Notes under the pieces: generated by a model
What the model was told of the DNA's origin: nothing
The model's input: only the letters and a program-made list of their open reading frames with translations
Databases searched by the model: none
Source: Takakia lepidozioides
Lineage: Eukaryota; Plantae; Bryophyta
NCBI GenBank assembly: GCA_030704615.1
Contig: CM060734.1
Span: 1,798,001-1,862,000 of the forward strand
Direction of reading: 5' to 3'
Length of the DNA stretch: 64,000 nucleotides
Shown here: in pieces, positions 26,273 to 38,733 of the stretch
Numbering within the stretch: position 1 is the stretch's first letter
Layout: every line of letters begins with the position of its first letter
Translations under genes and position numbers: made by a program

Positions 26273-26929
26273 AACAAGAAAGGAAGGAAGGGGCTGGTTT
26301 CCCTGTAGGGCATGTGGAGCATGCTTTCAGCCTGCTGAAGCTTGTATTTTCAGGTTTGTGGGTGCAAGAAATGAAGCAAAGGAGCTGATTCTCTTTTGGT
26401 GAGAGTGGGGCATGTGTGGAGCATGCCTTCAGCCCATTGAGGCTCTTGTTTTCAAGCTTTAGAGAGCTAGAATGGAAGGTCTAGGGCTGGTTTCCACTTG
26501 GAGTGAAAGAAAAGCACTTGTAGGGCCTATGTGAGTTGGGGTTTCAACTTCAAGCTTGAAGGGAGCGCAACTCTTGAAGCAGCAGGTGTAGGGGGCTGGA
26601 ATAGGCTCTAAGACAGATGTTATGGCCAAGGAGAGTGCTTGAATGAGTGCTCACAAGAGCTGGGAACCAGCAGGGCTTGGTTGTTTGCCATTGAGTTTAG
26701 TGGCGTGTTTGGGGAGGCTAAGTGAGAAAGAAGGCTTGGTTTGTGGCAACCACCTCATGGCTTAGGGCTACTATGGTGGTGTGTGGGAGCCGAAAGAGCA
26801 AGAATACCTTGCTGATTTCCTCACAGCCACCATAGCTCGGTGGAAAGAAGCCTAGAGTCCAAGAGACACAAACCCTAGCTTGGCGTGGCTAAACCCCTTG
26901 GAGAAATGGCTAAACTGCCAGAGCGGCCA

Positions 26930-27500
26930 TGGATGGGGCTGTGACGGCTGTGGGGCTGTGACAGGCTGTGCCTGGCCTTGGGGCTGTGTGTGACATGGGC
27001 TGTGACAGGCTGTGCCCATGGCCTTTGGGTGTGATGGGCTGTGAGGGCTGTGTTGCCTGAGGCCTGTGGGGCTGTGACAGGCTGTGAGCTGTGACGGGTT
27101 GTGCGGGGCTGTGACAGGCTGTGCCCAGTGGCCTGTGGGCTGTGACGGGCTGTACGGGCTGTGACAGGCTGTGCTGGCCTTTGGGGCTGTGATGGGGTGT
27201 GAGGGCTGTGACAGGCCGTGCCTGAGGCCTGATGTGGGCTAAGAAAGGGGCTGTGATGTGGGCCCTGTGCCCATGGCCTTTGGGCTGTGAAGGCCTTTGG
27301 GGCTGTGAGGGGCTGTTGTGAGGGCTGTGAGGGCTGTGACAGGCTGTGCCTGGCCTGTGGGGCTGTGACGGGCTGTGCGAGGCTGTGACAGGCTGTGAGC
27401 TTGACTGTGACAGGCTGTGGTGGCCTGTGGGACTGTGACGGCTGTGACCAGTGAGCTGTGTGGGCCTGTGCTGGTCTGTGGTGGCCCGTGTTGACCTGTG
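26930..27500 (+). repeat. GGCTGTGA-type degenerate minisatellite in the leader of copy 2
   Basis: Dozens of GGCTGTG(A/C) units. Confidence 0.9.
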
Positions 27501-28159
27501 GACGGCCTGTGCTGACTCGTGGAGGCACTGGTGGACTGCCTAAGGACTGGCATGTGGTCTGGAAGGCCGAATTTTGAAGCTCGTGGAGGGCGGTTTGAGG
27601 AGTATCTTCATGATATTCCCATGGTCATGCAGGAGAGAGTGTTGGGATGAGGGCATGCTGGGGTTAGGCATTGCTTTAGCTTCTCTTCCTCGTAGTTTCC
27701 ACCCTCTCATTAGGCCAAGACCTTTCCGTAGGTGGAGGCAAGAGTCAGTCCGGGTTTGGGCTGGGGTGTCCTGGAGCAACACCGTGGAGTTGTTTTTGGT
27801 GTGGGGGAGTTGTCGTTGATTTCTTGTGTTGGATCCCCTCCATACCTGCATGCTTGACTGTGCGCCATGCTAGTTTTGTGTGGGCGCTTGTTTTTATAGG
27901 TGATTGGTCCGGATTTGATCACCGGCCAGTCCTAGAGCATGCTGTCGATGGTGAGGCTGGGGTGATGACCAGCCAGACCATCATTGTTTCTCCTGTGGTG
28001 AGGTTGGAGGTGATGACCAGCCAACCATAGGAGTGCTTGCGGTGGATGCAGGTACAGGTGTAGGCTATGTTAGGAACTTAGTATTCCAAACCATAAGCCG
28101 CAACAGGTTCTCTACCCGGTTACCTTGTGAGAGGGGTTTAGGGACATGTTCATGACCGG

Positions 28160-31070
28160 TTGAGTGTCAACACGGAGGTGCCACTAGTTGCTGGGGACAG
28201 TGCCGGTTCGAGCACTAGCGATACTAGTGGGTACACGAGACGAGGTGTGCGGTTTAGGCCACCTTCACCTCCTGTGTCTTCCACGGAAGGTTCTGATTCG
28301 GATTGTGAATCAGGAGGACTCATACCGGCGGTGCAAGTTGTTTCTTTGCCATTGTTGTGGGACACAATGGAGGAGATGTATGGAGCTACCAAGGGGCCAC
28401 GAAGGTACTCTGGGGCGGTGGGCACCATCGAGTTGGATGATTTTATCCAAGAGTTTGATAGTTGGTGTGATTTGCAGCAAATGCGCAATCCACAACTATT
28501 TACGCCTTCATGGCATGGAAGGGCTGTTTCAGCACCTTGAGGGGCCGCCTATGGATGATTACCATGAGTTCAGGCGGGGGCATGAGGTTGAGATCGAGGA
28601 GTGGAGGATGTACTGGTCACCCGACTATGTCTCCATCACTAGGGGCACTAGAGCCACGAGGGCAGTGGCTACACCTGCCGCTGCACCGGCAGCTTCAGCA
28701 AGTAGCAGGGTGGGACTGGTGGTACAGTAGCTACGACGTCCACCCAAGCCACTACCGCACCAGCACTAGCACCCGTGCCTGCCTTCAACCCTGTTGTGGA
28801 GTTCTTCGAAGAGTTGAGAGGGAACTACCAAGGGGTGAGGACAGAGAAGTTGCGGAGCTTGCAAGAGTTCCAACGGAAGCCGACCGAGAGCTTGAGGAGG
28901 CTTTCACTCGCATGAGGCGCTTGATAAATGTAACCCAAGGGGTTACGGAAGCTCAGGCAGTCCAATTCTGGTATGGGATATTGGACAAGGAGCTGAGGAG
29001 AAGGGTGCGGGATGCAACTCTCCTACAAGCGGCCCAACCCACCTTAGCAAATGTGTTTTTGCTGGCAGCGGATAGAGCTCAACATGGTGGAGGAACGAGT
29101 GGTCATGGTGGGATTTGCTAAGGAGACACCACGGGGTAGTGGTGCTCCTAGCCAACCACTACCTCAACGTGCTCAAGGCAACAAGGGGGCTCAGGTGAAG
29201 CTCAGGGAAGGGCAGAGAGGACCTCAGATGCAGGGGTCTCTCCCTTCATTTGCTGGCCAACAACGGGCGGATGTGGTGTGCTGGACATGTGGAGGACCCC
29301 ATGTCAAGAAGGATTGCCCAGAGGGAGGCAAAGGGCGGCACATGCACAGCCTGCACAGTTGCAGTGTGGGCATTGTGGCAAGCACGGCATGGAGAGGCCC
29401 AGTGTTATGGTTTGCATCCTGAGTTGCGCCCAGCCAGTTCCAAGGGAACAATGGTGGCCGGGGGCGAGGTGGAGCAGCCCAGAGAGGACGAGGTGGCCAG
29501 CCACGAGGTGCAGGCCAAGGGCAAGCTCAACGTGGCCAAGGACGCGGAGGTCAGGGTTTGACCAAGGCATGGCCAACCGGCTTCAGCAGCTAGAGCAGAG
29601 GCTCGCTGCCATGGCTACAGCTCAGGTGGTACCGGCTCTAAGGCCGGATGGTCCACCTCCTGCTCCTGAGGGAGGAGATATGGGAGGCATGGGATTCATG
29701 TGTGGAGCAGCACTACCACTAGTGCAGGTGGAGTCTGCTGCAGCCGTGACTCGAGGAGCAGCACGAGTTCCTGAGCCACGAGGTGCAGAGGTGGAGTTGG
29801 ATCCACAGCGTGGGGAGGCAAGCCGTCAGGCTAGGCTTCCTCAGTCATTCACATTGGCGGAGACAGTGTCGACGCCATCCATGGCACCTAGTTCTCGCCC
29901 GACTGTTACCGAGGCGGAGGTTACTATGCCATTGGGGAGAGCTACACGGGTAGCACCACTACCTAGTGTTGCCAAGGCTACGGCAGCTAGTGTGCTGCTA
30001 GGAGCGGCCACATCTGTGTGCCAGGCTCCATTGTTCTCGGCTACCATGATTGCGACGCCGGGGGTAAGACCAGCTGAGGTGTTCAGGCTGGCAGCTACAC
30101 TCTGTGAGAGTGGGGAGGTTACTTCATCTTCTGCGGAGATAGTGGGAGGTGTAGTGCCGGAGGGATCCTCGGATTTGAGGGTCAAGACTGCCACGGCGGC
30201 GCCATGGCAAGCTGCAGCTGCCAGGTTGATGGAGCTGCCAGCTAGGCCAGCCATTGAGCGCGCCATGGTGACACCTGGAGTTGTCATGTTAGACAACCAG
30301 GATGGCATTTTCTGTTTGAGTGGACCGGCAGGCAAGAGGTACCGGCCACTGCGGGTCTTGTTGGACTCGGAGCTCAGCCATTGATGCTGGGCAGAGCTGC
30401 TATTGCAGGCTTGGGCCTCACGGAGGCGGATATGGAGCCTTGTCCTTTCCAGATACAGACGTCTCTGGGAGGATCGGAGCAGGCTCGGGGCATGACACGG
30501 CGTGAGTTGGCTATCAGACTACGGCCGGATCACCCTACAGATGGCTCAGTGATGCGAGCCAAGGCCATTGTGACAGACGCAGTCTCATACGATGTCCTGG
30601 TTGGTGGGGCAGTGTTGTACCCCATGGGCTTCACCCTGGATTTTTGGGAGGAGTCAGCTTCCTATAGGCCTGCATGGCAGTCAGGGGAGGGCCGGCGTGT
30701 GCAGCTCCCTGTGACGTTCATAGGAGGAGTTGCGGTTGCCCAGCGAGGCAAGATGCCGACACTAGCAGCATTCACAGCGGCAGTGAGTTGGCCTAGAGAG
30801 TTGCTTGAGGGCAATGCTCATTCAGAGGATGTACCACCTCCGGGAGAGCAGGATGACATGTATGGTATGGCGGAGTTGCCTACCATGGTTGCTCAGACTC
30901 CATTGTGGGGCACGAGCAAGGATTTGCAGCGGGATGCTGATCGACGGGTGCAACAAGCCTGGGTGGAGGCTTTTGTACCGTCAGGAGAGGAGGAGAGTGT
31001 GGGGATTGCACCAGGACCACCTCAATTGTCTCCATTGGACACCACACCTATTGTGTGGCAGTATCCGGAT
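28160..31070 (+). CDS. gag (two Zn knuckles) and aspartic protease of copy 2, with single-base frameshifts
   Basis: gag core; CWTCGGPHVKKDC and CGHCGKH; LRVLLDS(G)..YDVLVGGAVL protease signature at ~30350-30620. Confidence 0.85.
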
Positions 31071-32030
31071 GAAGGCATTTGTCTTCTGGACTTGTTTGGC
31101 GGGATCAGCACCGGATTGGCTGCTGTGTTACAGGCAGGTGTACGAGTTCGGCGTTACCTGTATGTGGAGAGGGATGAGACTGCACGCGTTTCACTTCGCC
31201 ATGTTGCTCAGTTGGTGCAGCGGTACCCTGAGTTGTTGTCGGTGTCTGCAATTCGTGGATATCAGCAGGCCTTGCCAGCAGACATTTCGTTGCTGGGGGC
31301 GCAGGATTTGGAGCGGGTTGGCTCCATTGATCTGGTAGTGGCAGGTTGGCCCTGCCAAGGGCATTCATCAGCCGGGCATGGCAATGGATTGCGAGACTCG
31401 AGGTCGGGTCTGTTTTGGGAGATGGTGCGGTTTTGCGCCACTTGCAGCTTCATCAAGCTGTATCTCCAGCATACATCTTGGAGAATGTGCCACTGATGGG
31501 CGATTCTCGGGCCAGGTGATGGCCAGTGTGCATCAAGTCCGGTCGTGGCTTGGGTCAGCAGTGTTGCTAGATGCAGCTACAGTGGGGTCACGGGCTCATC
31601 GTCCACGGCTATGGTGGACTAACTGATGCCACCCGCACTGCTCAAGCGTGCATTTGATGGGGTGCAGCGGCCAGCACATCTCACAGTGGATAACATTCTG
31701 GACACAGGGAGGCAGTCTCAGCGTGTGAGACACGATGACCGTTCGCCTTTGGCAGTGGTCAACAAGGTGGGTCAACCACGAGCAGCATTACCTACACTGC
31801 TCAGCTTCCCAGGATCGCATGCTTTCCGGGATAGTGGACCTGGCCTCCTGTGGGATGCTCAGTTGCAGCAGTTAGTGGAGCCTAATGCTGACGAGCGTGA
31901 GCGGGCAATGGGTTTTACCACTGGTACCACGGCGGTGTCGTCTCTTTCTGAGGCATCACGTCGTCAAGTGTTGGGGCAAGCAATGGATCTCAATTGCTTG
32001 ACCTGGATTATCAGCTTGGCTCTGGCTGAG
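31071..32030 (+). CDS. DNMT3-like C5 cytosine DNA methyltransferase domain within the retrotransposon polyprotein
   Basis: Motif I LLDLFGGI, II YVERD, IV AGWPCQ, SGLFWEMVR, VI ILENV, VIII AHRPRLWWTN, IX ERERAMGF, X RRQVLGQAM, in non-permuted order with a short TRD. Parallels DNMT3 AHRARYFWGN / EMERVFGFP / RQRLLGRSW. Read across small frameshifts. Confidence 0.93.
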
Positions 32031-32314
32031 CAACGCAGAGTGCGGAGTACACTTCCCTCAATGGTCTCTCTGCTACCGAGACGGTACAGGCAGTGAGTGG
32101 GGGCGAGCATGTGAGGACCACGGGGTGCATGCATCCATGGCACACGTGGGAGGTGCTCGAGGTTCAGAGGGAGTTGGCAGCCAAGGCGGCTGTGATGGAT
32201 GAGGTTGGGGATTCTTCTCGGGTTGAGGAGGTCCTCAAGGATGAGATGATGGGGCAGGATGAGGCCTTGTCATTGACTGAGCAGGCAGGGAGTACTGCTC
32301 AAGAGGTTGCAACA

Positions 32315-32323
32315 TAGCAACCA
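32315..32323 (+). promoter_or_regulatory. UAG-CAA-CCA stop-codon readthrough-type signal (also 18942-18950)
   Basis: Matches UAG-CAR-YYA; present in both subfamilies; in copy 1 it is in frame with the downstream pre-RT sequence. Confidence 0.75.
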
Positions 32324-35300
32324 CGGACGCGTCCTCTACCTCTAAGCCCACTGGACTTAAGGTTGCAGTTACGGAGGACAATTGGGAGCCTGACATTGGA
32401 CCCATTGTCACCGGAGGAGAGAGACGACGTATACGGCGGTTCCTGAGGGCTTACAGGAATTGCTTTGCCTTCAGTTTGAAGGACTTGGGAGCACTGAAGG
32501 GTCAAGAGATCCGTATTGAGTTGGCCACTGACACGCCAATCTTTCGGAGACCCTATAGATACAGTGACATGGAGAGGTCTTTGATTCAGATGAGGACTCA
32601 AGATCTCTGGGAGGCAGGTTTGGTGGAGCTCTCTGGTGGAGAGTATGCTTCAGCCACAGTGATGCCAGCCAAGAAGGATGTCTATGGCAATTGGACGGAG
32701 AGACGTATGTGCGTGATTACCGGCCTGTAAATCGTCAGACCAAGTCCGATAAGTATGCCATGCCAACACCAGAGGAGATCTTTGATGCCATCGGGCATGC
32801 TAAGGCCTTTAGCACTTTGGATTTACGATCCGGATATCACCAGTTGCCAATCAAGGAGGCGGACAAGCAGAAGACGGCATTCTGGGGGATCAATGAGCAC
32901 GGCAAGGATTGCCTATATCAGTGGCGGTTCTTACCATTTGGGCTTAAGAATGCTCCTGCAGAGTTTCAGAGAGTCATGGATAGGATTCTAGCAGGGGTGG
33001 ACTTTGCTCGGTGCTACATAGATGACATCATCATCTTTAGTGTTACGATGGAGGAGCATGAGAGACACCTTCAGGTGGTATTGGAGCGCTTGAGAGCGCA
33101 CGGATTGAAGTTGCATCCGGGGAAGTGCAAGTTTTTCCACAACCAGATTGAGTATCTGGGTCACATGATATATCCTGGAGGATTGGGGGTACAGCAGACT
33201 AAGGTAGAGGCCATTGCACAAATTCCACGCCCCACGGATGTGAGCCGAGTTCGAGCTTTCATGGGGTTGGCAAACTATTATAGACGGTTTGTCAAGGGAT
33301 TTAGTACCATTGCAAAGGCTCTAACCAAGCTGACCAAGGTGGACCAGGAGTGGCAGTGGGAAGATGAGCAGGAACGAGCTTTTCAAGAGCTCAAGGCGAG
33401 GTTGACCTCGGCGCCTATCTGAGACGACCTATCAGGGGGCGTCCCTTTCAGCTGCATACGGATTGGAGCATGCTGGGGCTTGGAGCGGTGCTCACACAGG
33501 TGGATGATGAGGGAAGAGAGTTCGTAGTGGCTTATGCTAGCCGCTCGAACAACGCTGCAGAGGCTAAGTACAGCTCATATGAGGGAGAGTGCTTAGCTGC
33601 AGTGTGGGCCGTGGCACACTTCAGGTGCTATCTATACGGCAATCTTTTCACCCTTGTCACGGATCACCAGCCACTCAAGTGGTTGATGGAGTCAGACAAG
33701 CTTACGGGGAAGCTTGCACGGTGGGCACTTATACTCCAGGAGAACTTTCAGGTTGTGCATCGACCGGGTTTGGTCAATCGGGATGCGGATGGATTGAGTC
33801 GCAATCCATGCATGAGCCAGCAGGATGACACTGGAGCTCGGTGGCATGGTGAGACGGACGAGGATGGTGCCGGGATGGCACGCATCTGCATTTTTGTGTA
33901 TCTTGGCATCGGGAGGTCAGGTTGGACCTACAAGGGATGACTGTAGACGGAGTGTCTGAGGACCCTGAGGCTAGTGATGAGCTAGGTGGTGCCAGAGATA
34001 TACATGAGGATTCGGCTGTGTTGGACTACCTCCGCACGGGAGACACGGCAGCCATTGTGACTGCCAGGGAGAGGGATCGGATCCTGCAACGAGCCAAGAG
34101 GTTCAAGTGGGAGGGGATACACCTACTTCGAGTGTGGGAGGATGGTCGGGTGAGGATTGTGCCTCACCCCCACAGCGTGCACGGTTAGTGCGGCATGCCC
34201 ATGAGGAGTTGGGGCATTTTGGAGTGCGACGCACTCACAGTTTACTGCAGGGGCAGTATTGGTGGCGTGGTATGCATACAGAGGTGCAACAGTTTCGTGG
34301 CTAGGTGCATGGTGTGTGACAGGGTGCGTGCTTCATTCAACGCCCCTACACCACAGTTGCATCCTTTACCCATCATGGGATTGGGCTACAGGTGGAGTCT
34401 TGACTTCGCAGGACCGTTGCCACTGACTATGCGCCACCACAGATATGTGTTTGGTGATGGTGGAGCACTTCTCCAAGTGGATTGAGTTGGTTCCATTGCC
34501 TGACAAGGCTAGTGAGGGGGCTGCGTATGCATTCTTGGATCGTGTGCTTAGCCGATTTGGTGCTCCAGCTGAGGTACTCACGGACCAAGGGAGAGAGTTC
34601 TTGGGGGAGTTTCAGGCTTTGTGTGATAAAGCCTTGATAGACCACCGCACCACTTCTCGGGATCATCCTGAGGCCGATGGCTTAGCAGAGAGAGTTGTTC
34701 AGACGGTGAAGAGGGGTTTGCGCAAGTATGGCTTGCAGAAGGGACACCTAGGAGATTGGGATCTTCAGGTTCCTTGGTTAGCCATGGGCTACAGGTTCAG
34801 CAAACAAGCATCACTTGCCTCCTTCTCACCATATTTCCTTCTCTTTGGCCGAGAGCCGGATTTGCCTGCAGCCATTCGTAGGGACACTGCTCAAGTCCTT
34901 AACCTTGACGATCCGGACGTGTGGGTACGTGCATGTGATCAGCGTGCAGAGTTGTTCAAAAGTCATGCCCATGGCTTTTGAGAACCTTGCCATTGCACAG
35001 CACCGTGATACGTTGAGGTATGCCACTATACGTGGTGGAGGATATCGTCCTGGGGTTCGGAGGTTTAGCCCTGGTGACTATGTTTATTTGCAGCAGACTG
35101 CTCCTACGACTCTGGATGTTACTGCAGGGCGTGTTATTCTGAGGGTTCGAGAGGTGTTGCCCTCAGGGGTCCTGATCTTAGGGTCGGGATGGCATGACTT
35201 GGAAGGACCATGTGCGTAATTGTGCGCCATGTCACCTTCCCAATGTCGATGGCAGAGTTGACCCAAACTTGGCAGTGGTACCTGCAGGTTTGAGGTGCAT

Positions 35301-35439
35301 GCTCTGTGGGTCTGCCAAAGGGGCAGCCACCATGCTGGTGTGTGATCGATGCTCAAGGGGTTGGCATATGGGATGCTTGACACCACCTCTTGAGAAGGTT
35401 CCTGACGGAGATTGGTTGTGTCCACACTGCTTGGGATAG
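32324..35439 (+). CDS. RT - RNase H - DDE integrase - PHD finger of copy 2
   Basis: YIDDII; RNase H TDWS/ECLAAVWAV/TDHQPL; HAHEELGH..CMVC; LDFAGP, TDQGREF, AERVVQTVK; PHD at ~35296-35430. Confidence 0.92.
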
Positions 35440-35699
35440 TGGCAGTGGACATGACTGGAGGCAGCTAACAAGACATGGGAGGCCAAGCTCATAGGAGTCA
35501 ATACATGAGATCCCAAGCTCAAGTTCACAGGTTGCAAGACGGCGACTAACGATGGGGCAACTCTTGCACCCGGCCTCTTGATCTATCGAGTTTGAGTGTA
35601 GTAGGGATAGTGGTGGAGGACTTAGTGAGGCTATGGTCACTATCACATCTTGTGGCTACCTGGACTTAGAGGGACCTAAGCACCAGCTAGGGGGGCGAT

Positions 35700-36381
35700 T
35701 GTGTGGACTAGTGACTGCCATAGTGGGCAGCATAGTGGCAGCCTAGTGACTGACTAGTTGTAGCCTAGTGGTTGGACTAGTGGTGGACTAGTGGTATACT
35801 AGTGTGTGGTGTGCACATGTGTTGTGTGGTTTTGGACAGCGATGTAGTTGTGTAGCGATATGTATGCGCACGACAGCTGTCAAGTTATTTTACCACTAGT
35901 GTGAAACTAGCTAGGAAATAGCTAGCTTTTACATATTGACATTTGGGATTGGCCCAAGTGTCAATCCAGGGGTCAAGGCAGATTTAGGCCCTGGAGTGGT
36001 TATCTTCACGGCAAGCGCGGGAGGCTCATCTTTCTCGAGTTGAGCCTCACCGCGCCTAGCTATGGCGCCGTAGTGTGGATTCCCCATGGCGTGGGGTGCA
36101 CTTGGCTTGACTTGTATTTGAGTGATGAGGTTATATATGCATGAGTTTATGCTTCAGCTTTGTGAGCTCGCATGAGCTTGTGCTTGTATTCTTCTTCTTT
36201 ATCATTGTGTGGACTAGTGACTGCCATAGTGGGCAGCATAGTGGCAGCCTAGTGACTGACTAGTTGTAGCCTAGTGGTTGGACTAGTGGTGGACTAGTGG
36301 TATACTAGTGTGTGGTGTGCACATGTGTTGTGTGGTTTTGGACAGCGATGTAGTTGTGTAGCGATATGTATGCGCACGACA
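35700..36381 (+). repeat. 3' terminal B1-gc-A2-B2 block of copy 2
   Basis: B1 35700-35875, GC 35876-35877, A2 35878-36204, B2 36206-36381; B1 and B2 (176 bp, CTAGTG-rich) appear identical. Confidence 0.93.
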
Positions 36382-36477
36382 AATGCTTAAAACACACCGT
36401 AAAAAACAAGTCAGAAAAAGCCTTGGATTTATGGGCATCGAAAGCAAAAGAGGCACTCGCCCACCTGGCCCCGATTG

Positions 36478-36890
36478 GGAAATGCGGCACCGCATTTCCC
36501 TCATGTCCCTGCATATGTCCGCAACCTTCACCTTGACTGTGCAGGTCGACTAGAAATGCGGCGCCGCATTCTGGCTCACGAACAAAACGGTGGGCACCTT
36601 TACAGAAAATGGCAGGCGTTTAGGGAATGCGGCACCGCATCTACATGTTGGACATGGAAATGCGGCACCGCATTTTCGTCCGTGGTAAGCAAATGCGGTT
36701 CCGTATTTCCATGTCCAACATGGAAAGCCTGCGCCGCATGTCCAATATGGAAATGCGGTGCCGCATTTGCATGTCCCGAATCAAATGCGGTGCCGTATTT
36801 CCGTTTTCAGTTGGAATTCCGGAACCTCATTTCCGGCTTAGGGATGGAAATGTGGTATTGCATTTCCGTTGTCCTTATCGGAAATGTGCT
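36478..36890. repeat. Array of palindromic AAATGCGG-NN-CCGCATTT units
   Basis: About 10 copies, ~32-33-bp period in the right part, degenerating rightwards. Confidence 0.85.
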
Positions 36891-37769
36891 CTCCTCCGTC
36901 TACAAATCGGATGAGGTTTCAAAAAGGAGAACAGGGGCCAGGTGACCTCCACTTCAAAATAAGTTCCTTAATATATTTGGAAGAAAGGATTAAAATGTAC
37001 AAGGACTCCTTAGAATTCCTACCTAGCATCCTGGAAGTCATCATCACTATCCTCAACCGCTCCATGATTGTCCTGCACTCCTTCCACCCCTTCATCTTCC
37101 TTCTCATGCCCAGCGGACTGATCGTCGGCTAAGCTTTCGAATATCCCGCCTTCTCCTTGAGGAACTGACCATCTGACTTTTGTTGAGTCGTCCCCCTCCT
37201 GGTCTACATTGCTCTCTTCCGCGGAATCGTAGACATACTTCAGCACGCGTCTAGCTGTCTCAGCTGCAGCCAACTCTCTCCGCTTCCTTCTCTCCTCTCT
37301 AGCCCTCTCCAAAATCAGCTCTACTTTACTGGGATTCTCACATCATCTAATTGCAACCCTTGCAAGCTTAGCTGCATAACTAGGAAGAGAGTAGTCCTTC
37401 ATAGGGCTCTTCAGAAAGGCCGACCTGGCAAAGAATGGGACATTCTCCCTTGCAACAAATTGAGGCGCCATTGATTTCGGCGCAGATCTTGGAATCCTGC
37501 ACATAATAATCACTTTCTCAGACCAATGAGAACCACAAACAGACAGTGACCTGAATGAAAGAATGTCCCAGAAGGCTTTGCAAACTTACAATGATTGCAC
37601 TCACTCGTATTCCGGGTTCTCCTCAGCATCAATGTCCACTGTCTCCTCCTCCTCGTCCGAAAAATTCTCCTAGGAGTCATTGGCTGCGATGGCAGCCTTC
37701 ACCGATAGTCGTTGAAGCCCTTCCCAGACTGCTACACCTGCTGAAAAGAACTATAGCACCACGGAGAGA

Positions 37770-38733
37770 AAAGCAGTGGCAATGATTTATGTTGATAAAT
37801 TTTTTTGGCATTATTTACTTGGCAATCACTTAAAGTTCAGTGTTGATCATCAGGCTTTGGTTCATTTGGCAAATCGACCATTAGCTAGTGGCAGGGTTGC
37901 TCGATGGTTATTACTTCTTCATGAGTATGATTTTGAAGTTGTTCATAAACTTGGAAGACACATGTTACAACAGATCATCTATCAAGACTTACCATCGGAG
38001 AACCAGCAACAGGAGTGGAGGATCAGCTTCCCGATGCATTTTTGTTTGCTGTTCAACCAGAAGCACAAGAAGAAGAGACAGATCCTTTGGACGCTGTAGG
38101 AGGGTTTCAAGTAAATTATGATCTTCCAAATTCTCTTAAATTGTTTGAGACAAATAACAACAGAGGATGGAGAATCCACAGATGAACGTGAAATAATGTA
38201 TAAGGAAAACTCAGAACCAGAAGAGGATGACAAGGGAAATGAGGAGTCAATCTCTCAAGGATTGACCAACATTAGCATTGGGACTTATGCAGTCACCAAG
38301 GAAGAATCAGAAGAAATTCAAGACCAAGATCAAGATGATTGGCAGTGGCCAATCAAATACTATCTGATAACATGAAAGTTTCCTGAAGAATACACCAAAG
38401 ATGACATAAGGAGGCTTTCAATGAAAAGCAACCCATACACGGTGATCAGGGGAATTATGTACAAACGAGAAATTGATTCCATCAGGAGGAGATGTGTGGA
38501 CAAAGAACAGGCCAAGACGGTGATGCAGGAATTACATGAAGGAATATCAGGAGGACACTTCAGTTCAGACCTAACAGCAAAGAAGATATTATTAGCAGGA
38601 TAGTGGCGGCCTACAATTTTCGGAGATACTTACAAACACTGCCAACAGTGTGATGTCTACCAGAGAATGGGACCAGTAGAAAGAACTGGAAAATGAGCTA
38701 TGCACTCACTACCACCAGCAGAGCCATTTCAGC
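37770..38733 (+). mobile_element. Degenerate non-chromovirus Gypsy RNase H / integrase N-terminal fragment, interrupted by copy 3
   Basis: VDHQALVHL..SGRVARWLLLLHEYDFEVVH; ELHEGISGGHF..KKILLAG..CQQCDVYQR..LPPAEPFQ, followed directly by TGTCAAG. Confidence 0.88.

Larger units (their letters stand above)
26273..36381 (+). mobile_element. DNMT/PHD Gypsy element, copy 2 (subfamily B), 5' A repeat missing
   Basis: Leader from ~27545 homologous to copy 3; full gag-PR-DNMT-RT-RH-IN-PHD; PPT 35689-35698; B1-gc-A2-B2 at the 3' end. 5' boundary approximate. Confidence 0.9.

Noticed and set aside
26875-27528. 217-aa ORF
   Set aside because: Antisense translation of the GGCTGTGA minisatellite.
36478-36890. 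CRISPR-like array
   Set aside because: Eukaryotic context, degenerate repeats, mostly ~15-bp related spacers, no cas genes.
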